This document shows positions 50,259-57,397 of a stretch of 64,000 nt of DNA, one piece after another. The notes under the pieces were generated by a model that saw only the letters and a program-made list of their open reading frames with translations, was not told the DNA's origin and searched no databases. The translations under genes were made by a program, and so were the position numbers. The first letter of the stretch is position 1; the number at the start of each line of letters is the position of its first letter. Source of the DNA: Candidatus Poribacteria bacterium (GTDB lineage: Bacteria; Poribacteria; WGA-4E; WGA-3G); the NCBI GenBank assembly GCA_965205015.1, contig OZ242029.1, positions 3,776,001 through 3,840,000 of the forward strand, given 5' to 3'.

Positions 50259-51005
50259 ATGAATACCTCTTCAAAACCATCATCAGAGTTTGCCCCAGGG
50301 CAAATTGTTTCTTTGAAAGCGGATCCCTCTATTCGGGGTGCTGTCGTTGCGGTGTTCCCGAGCACACCCGAAAACCGAATTAACGTTTTTGCTGGTGGTA
50401 GAATTCAGAGTTTTCGCGCTTCTCAGTTGCAGGTGAGCGCGGCTTCAGATATTGTCAACCGGGTTATTGATGCACCGCCTGAGACAATTGCGCGTGTTGA
50501 AGCGTTGCTACAATCCTCGAAGGGAAAGAGCGATGGTTGGGATGCCGATCAACTCCTCAGCGAGCGTTTCGCACAACCTGTCCGCGTTATTACGTATACA
50601 GGCATAAAGGATCTATCGAAAGTCAAAACGAAGTCTTATCTACTCAGGGGGGTGGATCCCAACGGGGACAGGATTCAGATCGCGAAACTTCAGATTTTAT
50701 TCGCGTTTCCTAAAGAGAAGATGCCGGATCTGAAACCCCACGTGAAAATCCGGGCACCCTTGAAAGCACAGAACCTTCAACCGCTTGAAGAGCCAAACGA
50801 GCGGTTCCATGTAGATGACAAGCTTCTTCAGCAGGCGCGGAAGGATAAATCTAACGTCAATATTGTCACACGGACAGGACATGTGTTGGACGGATGGATC
50901 CAACATTTTGACAAGTATGTTCTCTATATGCGGGTCGGCGGGAAGGTCGTGGTTGTGTACCGACATGGTCTGTTTGAGTTCACTATTGGGGAGTCATCGG
51001 ATTAA
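50259..51005 (+). CDS. Multi-domain protein with a C-terminal Hfq/Sm-like domain
   Basis: LQQARKDKSNVNIVTRTGHVLDGWIQHFDKYVLYM....VVVVYRHGL matches the Hfq Sm1/Sm2 pattern (G..L.G.I..FD...YKHAI); SD aaggaag. Confidence 0.65.
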   Translation: MNTSSKPSSEFAPGQIVSLKADPSIRGAVVAVFPSTPENRINVFAGGRIQSFRASQLQVSAASDIVNRVIDAPPETIARVEALLQSSKGKSDGWDADQLLSERFAQPVRVITYTGIKDLSKVKTKSYLLRGVDPNGDRIQIAKLQILFAFPKEKMPDLKPHVKIRAPLKAQNLQPLEEPNERFHVDDKLLQQARKDKSNVNIVTRTGHVLDGWIQHFDKYVLYMRVGGKVVVVYRHGLFEFTIGESSD

Positions 51006-51069
51006 CGCTTTAGGAACGCAACGGACTTTTCAGAGAAACAGAGATTTCTCAATACTGTTTACGAATAGT

Positions 51070-51320
51070 AGGCTATCGCGGATTCCTGAAAGGGCGTTTG
51101 ATTATCGACTCGGCACACGCTCGGCATTGGAGTGGTCGTAGATCAGTATCGCGTGAAAACAGACAAACGGACGGAGATTGTCAACGACCCGAACCGAGGT
51201 TCCGACGATCCGCAGTACATTGCCAAATTAATCGGTCAAGTCATCACCTTCAGTTTAGAGACAGTAGATATTATTGAGGGGTTGCCCTCGTTGGATTTGA
51301 AGATTCCCGCTCAAGGTTGA
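51070..51320 (+). pseudogene. Frameshifted C-terminal fragment of a type ISP restriction-modification enzyme
   Basis: IPERAFDYRLGTRSALEW (one frame) joins VVDQYRVKTDKRTEIVNDPN...YIAKLIGQVITFSLETVDIIEGLP (another frame) across a 1-nt loss near 51135; no N-terminus. Confidence 0.75.
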
Positions 51321-51366
51321 TTTCCGCGCGGCGATGTGATATACTAAATTCAACGAGGAGGGCATT

Positions 51367-52491
51367 ATGAGACGTTTTGGAACCCAAGGGTGCGTGTATC
51401 CGGACAAACACTATGTCATCTCACGCTCTGAAGAGATTGCTGATTTTATTCACCGCGTTAAACAGGGGCGGTACATCGTCCTCTTCGCGCCGCGCCAAAC
51501 TGGCAAAACGACTTTTTTTCACTCAGTACTTGAGGCACTCGTTGCACAGGATTCAATCTATTTTCCGATTCAACTGAATTTTGAGACTTATGAGGATTAC
51601 GACCGGGGCAGTTTTTACGCCTCTCTCCATAGAGAGATTTGCGAAGAAATTCGGCGAGTTTTTCAGAAACGAGGAGAGACTCCCTCTGAAACATTGGCAC
51701 AATTCTTGGTGAACACGCAGATAACCGATCATCTTTCGATGAGAGATTTCTTTCAGGAATTTGATAAGCATCTCGCTATGCATTATAATAATTCGCAGCA
51801 GGTTATCCTTTTTATCGATGAATTTCACGGTATCCCTCTGGCAGTTGAGAACAGTTTTTTGGCTTCGCTTCGGTCCATCTACCTCACTGATAAACCACAT
51901 TGCCCTCACAGCGTCTGTTTCGTAAGTGTCGGGAGTATCATCCAACGCGACATGATCAACGCTATATCTCCTTTCAATATCCAAGATGCGTTCCATTTGC
52001 CCAACTTCACACTTGAGCAGGTGCGTGAACTCCTCACACAGTACACAGAGGAAATGGGGCAGGACTTTGAACCAGAGATTGTCGAAGCACTCTATACACA
52101 GACTGCAGGCCAACCGTTTCTTGTCAACCGGCTCGCGGAGATTCTCACTGAAGAAATGGGGATTCTGAAAACCGAACCTATTACAATGAGGCATTTTTCA
52201 CAGGCACGCACGCAGATACTTCAAGAACATAACGCCAACTTCGATCATCTATTTACCTATATCTACCGAGTCCCTCGATTTGAAAGCATTCTAACGAGAA
52301 TCATGTCGCAATCTGGTAGGGGTGTGCTCTTCGACTGGTATGATGAACGCATTGATGAACTTGCCACAAACGGCATAATCTCTGAAAGTAATTACGGAAT
52401 TTGCCAAATTGCCAATCCGATTTATTTCGATTACATCAGACAGGTGTTCCGTACACAATTTAAAGCACTTGAGCAGGAGTCCTTCTCTTGA
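51367..52491 (+). CDS. AAA-like (AAA_35-type) P-loop ATPase
   Basis: APRQTGKTT Walker A; FIDEF Walker B; SPFNI; TAGQPFLVN; NPIY; SD gaggaggg. Confidence 0.85.
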   Translation: MRRFGTQGCVYPDKHYVISRSEEIADFIHRVKQGRYIVLFAPRQTGKTTFFHSVLEALVAQDSIYFPIQLNFETYEDYDRGSFYASLHREICEEIRRVFQKRGETPSETLAQFLVNTQITDHLSMRDFFQEFDKHLAMHYNNSQQVILFIDEFHGIPLAVENSFLASLRSIYLTDKPHCPHSVCFVSVGSIIQRDMINAISPFNIQDAFHLPNFTLEQVRELLTQYTEEMGQDFEPEIVEALYTQTAGQPFLVNRLAEILTEEMGILKTEPITMRHFSQARTQILQEHNANFDHLFTYIYRVPRFESILTRIMSQSGRGVLFDWYDERIDELATNGIISESNYGICQIANPIYFDYIRQVFRTQFKALEQESFS

Positions 52492-52568
52492 AAATACCAG
52501 TACAAACTTTGTTAAAAATCAGTAGAGAATACCTTATGAATTCAGGGTGTATTGTGCGGAGAAATCTT

Positions 52569-53489
52569 ATGAAATACACGCTTATTATGGTTCTCAGCCT
52601 CGTGTGCATGCCAGGAGCCGCGGATAATACGGACATCCATGAAAATGCCGGGACCCGCGCCATGACTTTCCTCAAAATAGGTGTCGGCGCAGAGGCGATG
52701 AGTATGGGTGAATCTCAAGTCGCGGCGACCGATGATCTTTACGCATCGTATTGGAATCCCGCGGGTCTCGTAAGACTCCGACAGCCACAACTTGCACTCA
52801 TGCATAACGAATGGTTCGCCGATATTAACCACGAATTCGTCGGGTTCGCACTGCCGCTTAAAGGGATAGGCACGCTCGGTGCAAGCGCGAGTTTCTTGTC
52901 TTTTGGGGAATTGCAGGGACGGGATCGGGAGGGGAATGAAACGACGATTTTCCGTCCTTATGATCTGGCACTGATTCTCTCGTATGCCCGCGGCTTCGGT
53001 AGCTCGCTCGCTTTCGGCGCGAACGCAAAATTCCTGCGCGAGCAGATCGCTGACGAGAGCGGGACGGGTATCGCTTTCGATCTCGGTGGACTCTACAACT
53101 TTCGGGAGACCCCCCTTTCAATTGGATTCAACGCTCAGCACGTTGGACCCCGAGTGAAGTTCATAGAGGAAGCGTTCGGGTTACCCTTTACCTTCAGGCT
53201 CGGCGTGGCTTATAGACTCTGGAGTGACACGCTCCTCCTCACGACGGACATCATTCGTCCCTCCGACAACGATATCGCTATCGGGGTCGGTGCAGGCTAC
53301 ACGATAGGCACTGTCTTACACCTCCGTACCGGTTATAAATACAAGATCGGCGGTAACGATTTAGGCGCGATTTCTGGGCTCACAGGCGGTTTTGGGTTGA
53401 CGTTCCTCCGCTTCCAAATCGACTATGCGCTTATCCCGTTCGGTGTTCTCGGATTAACCCACCGCGTCTCCTTAGTCGCCAATTTTTAG
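52569..53489 (+). CDS. PorV/PorQ-like outer-membrane beta-barrel protein
   Basis: Signal peptide; FLKIGVGAEAMSMGE..VA..DD.YASYWNPAGL; IDYA..PFG.LG.THRVS; start moved to ATG 52569. Confidence 0.85.
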   Translation: MKYTLIMVLSLVCMPGAADNTDIHENAGTRAMTFLKIGVGAEAMSMGESQVAATDDLYASYWNPAGLVRLRQPQLALMHNEWFADINHEFVGFALPLKGIGTLGASASFLSFGELQGRDREGNETTIFRPYDLALILSYARGFGSSLAFGANAKFLREQIADESGTGIAFDLGGLYNFRETPLSIGFNAQHVGPRVKFIEEAFGLPFTFRLGVAYRLWSDTLLLTTDIIRPSDNDIAIGVGAGYTIGTVLHLRTGYKYKIGGNDLGAISGLTGGFGLTFLRFQIDYALIPFGVLGLTHRVSLVANF

Positions 53490-53490
53490 A

Positions 53491-53619
53491 AGCGTTGTGG
53501 GCAGCCACAAGGGCAGCGTTATGGGCAGCCACAAGGGCAGTGTTATGGGCAGCCACAAGGGCAGCGTTATGGGCAGCCACAAGGGCAGCGTTATGGGCAG
53601 CCACAAGGGCAGCCCCTAC
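53491..53619. repeat. Minisatellite: 5 x 24-bp unit derived from a GTAG REP
   Basis: agcgttatgggcagccacaagggc x5 (2 substitutions in total), ending agcccctac (GTAG on -). Confidence 0.95.
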
Positions 53620-53771
53620 AAGATGTCTATTTATTTTTAGGATTTACTATAGTTTTAGCATTTCGGCATGGAACGCCCCTAAATCCCCCTTATCAGGGAG
53701 ACAGGGGACTTTGAGTGTGGTTTAGCGGAAAACTAAATGACTGTGGATGATCGACGGCTGACGGCTGACGG

Positions 53772-54464
53772 CTATTCGGAAGCGATCTCAATAAATGCCT
53801 CAAAGAGTTTACGTCGGTGTTCCTGAAAACCGGGGGTTTCAAGCATCCGCTCTGGATGGTACTGCACACCCAATACAAACCGCTTTGATTTGTTTTCCAT
53901 CGCTTCGATAATCCCTTCCCTTGTCCGTGCTGTTACCTCAAACCCCTCACCTTTCTCTCTCACCGCTTGATGATGGGCGGAATTGACTTCGTCTGTGCGT
54001 TTACCCGTGATTCGATTGAGTCGACTGCCCGCGACAATCTCAATTGTGTGCCGAGAATCCACATTGTTTACCTGTGATTGACATGATGCCTCTTTTGGGA
54101 ATTCCGAGGGTATATCTTGATATAGGCTGCCTCCCATTGCGACGCTCATAATTTGAATACCGCGACAGATACCAAAAACGGGAAGGTCATCTGCTATTGC
54201 CTTTTGACAGAGCGGTATTTCCAGTGCGTCGCGATCTTCGCTAACGTTGTACACCGCTGGATGCCATTCTGCATCAAAATTGTCTGGATGAATATCGCCA
54301 CCGCCTGTTAGCAAGAGTCCATCAATATCAGCGTAAGCATCTTCTGATATGTCGGGGTACAGCGTCCGAGGTATGCCACCAAACTCTTTAATCGCACGAA
54401 TATAGTTATTAGAAGGATCGTCCTCAATATTTTCGACAAACGTGATTCCGATAATTGGTGCCAT
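53772..54464 (-). CDS. Gamma-glutamyl-gamma-aminobutyrate hydrolase family (peptidase C26, PuuD-like)
   Basis: LLTGGGDI, FGICRGIQ, GGSLYQDI, VNSAHHQ, VQYHPE; ATG 54464 after SD aaggag. Confidence 0.9.
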   Translation of the reverse strand: MAPIIGITFVENIEDDPSNNYIRAIKEFGGIPRTLYPDISEDAYADIDGLLLTGGGDIHPDNFDAEWHPAVYNVSEDRDALEIPLCQKAIADDLPVFGICRGIQIMSVAMGGSLYQDIPSEFPKEASCQSQVNNVDSRHTIEIVAGSRLNRITGKRTDEVNSAHHQAVREKGEGFEVTARTREGIIEAMENKSKRFVLGVQYHPERMLETPGFQEHRRKLFEAFIEIASE

Positions 54465-54681
54465 ATATGAAAATCTCCTTTTAAGTCGTTTTTCTTTACA
54501 TAGATTATACTCCATTTTAAAGTTAAATCGCAAACTGATCAGCGGTATTGAGTCGTTACCTATGGGTTGGGTTGAACGGGGGAAAGCGAAGGCTTATCAA
54601 TACGAAGAAAATCAGCCTCTAAAAAAATCCTCCGTGAAGCCTCTGTGAATTGTACCCATCAGAAGTATCTCGAGTTAAGAG

Positions 54682-54705
54682 TCAGGATTCGGAGATCCCT
54701 CCTAC
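54682..54705 (-). repeat. GTAG-type REP copy
   Basis: Reverse complement gtaggagggatctccgaatcctga, 23/24 identical to 39279-39302. Confidence 0.8.
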
Positions 54706-54736
54706 AAGGAGTGTTTTGGATAGAAAAAATAAAACA

Positions 54737-54765
54737 TTGACAATATTATGCCGTTGTGATATAAT
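54737..54765 (+). promoter_or_regulatory. Consensus sigma70 promoter for moeB
   Basis: TTGACA-17 nt-TATAAT with an extended -10 TG. Confidence 0.8.
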
Positions 54766-54849
54766 TGTGTAAGTGCAAGAGACAAAAATTTATGGACAAG
54801 AATATGAAACTCGGAGCCTCATATTCCTTCTCCGCAGGAGAAAATTTTT

Positions 54850-56037
54850 ATGAAATCCTATAGGCAAATCGTTGAAGAAGCGAAAACAGAAATACCAGAA
54901 GTAACTGTTGACGAGGTGAAAGACGAACAGGACACAGACGGCGATTTCGTGCTACTCGATGTGCGGGACGAAGATGAATATCGCGCGGGTTATATCCCGA
55001 ACGCCGTGCACGTCACACGGGGCATGCTGGAATTCTCGGTTGAGAACTATATTCCCGATCGAAACCAAAAGGTTATCATCTATTGTGCGGCAGGCCTCCG
55101 TTCGCTCCTCGCTGCCAAATCCCTACGTGAAATGGGTTATACCGATACCGTCTCTCTTGCGGGTGGATATCGCGATTGGATGGCGGCGGGTTACCCGACT
55201 GCACAAGATAAACCGATGAGCCATGAGCAACTCGATCGTTACAGTCGCCACTTTATGCTCACGGAGGTCGGGGAACAGGGGCAAGCGAAGCTCCTCGATG
55301 CTAAAGTTTTAATGGTTGGCGCAGGCGGATTAGGTTCACCCGCGGGTGTGTATCTCGGTGCTGCAGGTGTTGGACACCTCGGGATTATCGATTCCGATGT
55401 TGTCGAGCTCAGCAACCTCCAACGTCAGATCCTTCACCGCACAGAATCCGTCGGTACACCGAAGGTTCAATCCGCGACAACGACAATTAAGTCGTTGAAT
55501 CCAGATATTGACATCACACCGTATAATCTCCGCTTGACTGCGGATAACGTTGAAGATATCTTCTCGGAATACGACCTGATCGTTGATGGATGTGATAACT
55601 TCGCGACCCGTTATCTTGTCAATGATGCCGCTGTGTTGATGAACAAGCCGGTTGTTCATGGCAGTATTTTCCAATTTGAGGGACAGGTAACGCTCTTTAA
55701 ACCGCACGAGGGACCGTGCTACCGATGCATGTATCCGACACCGCCCCCGCCGGGCATGGTGCCCAGCTGAAGCGAAGCCGGTGTCCTGGGCGTGCTCCCA
55801 GGCGTAATTGGTGTTATGATGGCAACCGAAGCGATTAAATACATTATCGGTATCGGTGAACCCCTTATCGGTCGGCTCATCCTATACGACGCACTCAGCA
55901 TGACCTATCGCGAAATGAAAATCAGTCGAGATGAGAACTGCCCACTTTGCGGGGATAATCCCGTCATTACGGAATTGATTGACGATTACGATGCCGCAGC
56001 GGAAAATCCTGATACCTTTGCCCCCGCTGCCGATTAA
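54850..56037 (+). CDS. moeB: Rhodanese-fused MoeB/ThiF (E1-like) adenylyltransferase/sulfurtransferase, probable selenoprotein (UGA at 55768-55770, codon 307; 395 aa)
   Basis: Rhodanese YCAAGLRS; RYSRH, GAGGLG, SNLQRQ, DGCDNF, CYRC; reads in frame [25 protein letters not shown]...CPLC. Confidence 0.9.
55771..55802 (+). promoter_or_regulatory. Candidate bacterial SECIS hairpin
   Basis: CCUGGG-CGUGCU-CCCAGG stem-loop; loop begins 20 nt after UGA and has G at loop position 2. Confidence 0.65.
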
Positions 56038-56086
56038 CCCTTAGCACTCGATCCTGTGATCGAAATGACTCCGAGGAGGAAGGTAT

Positions 56087-56329
56087 ATGCTACCTTGCCC
56101 TGATTGTAATAATCCATTGACACAGTTTCCAATTGAACAGGACGATGTAGATCTCGTCAGTTGTGACAGTTGTTACAGTGTTTTGCTTGTTTATCCGGGT
56201 GACGATCTTGAGCGCGTAGATAACGTCACTTTTGATGACCTTGTTGAGGCATACGGCACTGAGTATCCGATTGATGTGGATCCAAGTACAGTCGAACTCC
56301 CTGAAGAAGTCGAAGACGCCTTGATGTAG
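56087..56329 (+). CDS. Small, highly acidic zinc-ribbon protein (LysW-like layout)
   Basis: CPDC...LVSCDSC; ends ELPEEVEDALM; one basic residue in 80 aa; strong SD gaggagg. Confidence 0.75.
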   Translation: MLPCPDCNNPLTQFPIEQDDVDLVSCDSCYSVLLVYPGDDLERVDNVTFDDLVEAYGTEYPIDVDPSTVELPEEVEDALM

Positions 56330-56363
56330 GCGAACACGGATTTTCAGATTTTAACAGAAAAAA

Positions 56364-56392
56364 GTAGCACATTTTTCTGAGATGTGCTATAA
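56364..56392 (+). promoter_or_regulatory. Inverted repeat overlapping a TGnTATAAT promoter
   Basis: TAGCACAT-N9-ATGTGCTA running into TATAAT. Confidence 0.5.
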
Positions 56393-56425
56393 TAACTTTA
56401 ATCCACTCTTTTAAGGAGGTTGTTA

Positions 56426-57130
56426 ATGCGAACTATCATTTTATTGGCGATGCTGGGTCTCATTGTTTCACCGGCATTCGCACAGAAATATATCAGCTGG
56501 GAAGCGGAAAACTTTAACGATTCAAACGGCACAAAATTTGAAATCTTTGAAGTCCCGACCGATCACCCGGGTAACGCTGCTGAAAGTGTAGACGATTACA
56601 CCGTCACAGAAGCATCCGGTGGGGCTTACATTGGTTCACACAATGGTGTCACAAACGATGGTGGCGATTGGGTAAAATATGAATTCACAGTTGAGGCAGA
56701 CAATTGGCACTTCTGGGGACGTGTCATCGCCCCGTCAGTCGGCGATAACTCCGTCTACTGGGCATTTGATACCGCTGACGGTGATGTTGAATCTGCCAAT
56801 AACGCCACTATGAACATCTGGGATTTCTTTGAAGCAGGGGAGCTCCGGGTTAATTATACAACCGACTGGGTCTGGTTCCGGTTGAATTCGCGTGACGGTC
56901 CGTTTGAAGGACTCGAGCTGGTTCAGCACAACGAGGATCCGGTTCCCGTGGAATTGGATGCGGGGGATCACACACTGCACATCGCACATCGCGAAGACGG
57001 TACATACATTGACAAAATTTTCGCGACAACGGATGTCGAATTTGATCCGAATGAAACCGATCCGCAGACGGCTGTTGAAGCGCAAAACAAATTGACAACG
57101 ACTTGGGGTTCGCTGAAAAGCGGATTCTAA
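56426..57130 (+). CDS. Secreted acidic beta-sandwich (carbohydrate-binding-like) protein with a C-terminal TTTW motif
   Basis: Signal peptide ending AFA; WEAENF; HTLHIAHREDGTYIDKI; ends AVEAQNKLTTTWGSLKSGF; SD aaggaggt. Confidence 0.8.
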   Translation: MRTIILLAMLGLIVSPAFAQKYISWEAENFNDSNGTKFEIFEVPTDHPGNAAESVDDYTVTEASGGAYIGSHNGVTNDGGDWVKYEFTVEADNWHFWGRVIAPSVGDNSVYWAFDTADGDVESANNATMNIWDFFEAGELRVNYTTDWVWFRLNSRDGPFEGLELVQHNEDPVPVELDAGDHTLHIAHREDGTYIDKIFATTDVEFDPNETDPQTAVEAQNKLTTTWGSLKSGF

Positions 57131-57144
57131 GGAGAACACACACT

Positions 57145-57180
57145 TAAAAGCACCCACCCGCTGGGTGCTTTTATTTTTTT
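57145..57180 (+). terminator. Rho-independent terminator
   Basis: taaaagcaccca-cccgc-tgggtgctttta followed by a T-run. Confidence 0.85.
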
Positions 57181-57268
57181 ATCTAAACTTCCGAGACGAA
57201 AACCCAATGCTTTAGCTTTGGGATACAGTCTCGCCCTCTTGGAAAGGACCAAAGCGTTCATTTTTTGT

Positions 57269-57298
57269 TTGACGTTTGGTCCGAAAGTGTGGTATAAT
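57269..57298 (+). promoter_or_regulatory. Sigma70-like promoter for tnpB
   Basis: TTGACG-18 nt-TATAAT with an extended -10 TG. Confidence 0.55.
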
Positions 57299-57397
57299 GA
57301 GAATATCAAGTTGGACCGACATATACAGCATAACCGCAAGGTTACGTGTCGGTCCCACCCACTGTATAGGGGTTAAAGACTTGAGACTTGAGAGTCC

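Noticed and set aside
53495-53725. ORF with WAATRAAL repeats, or a CRISPR array
   Set aside because: It is the translation of a 24-bp tandem DNA repeat; no spacers and no SD
54540-54660. Possible riboswitch upstream of moeB or the C26 hydrolase
   Set aside because: No recognisable Moco, SAM or cobalamin consensus; it lies upstream of the moeB promoter and resembles a degenerate repeat
55792-56037. Separate 81-aa gene, or moeB as a pseudogene
   Set aside because: In frame with moeB across a UGA at the conserved Cys position; better explained by Sec recoding
57331-57346. taaccgcaaggttac as another leader-motif copy
   Set aside because: Lacks the AAAATTAAAA tail and lies ~55 nt from the tnpB start; it is a small hairpin inside the IS
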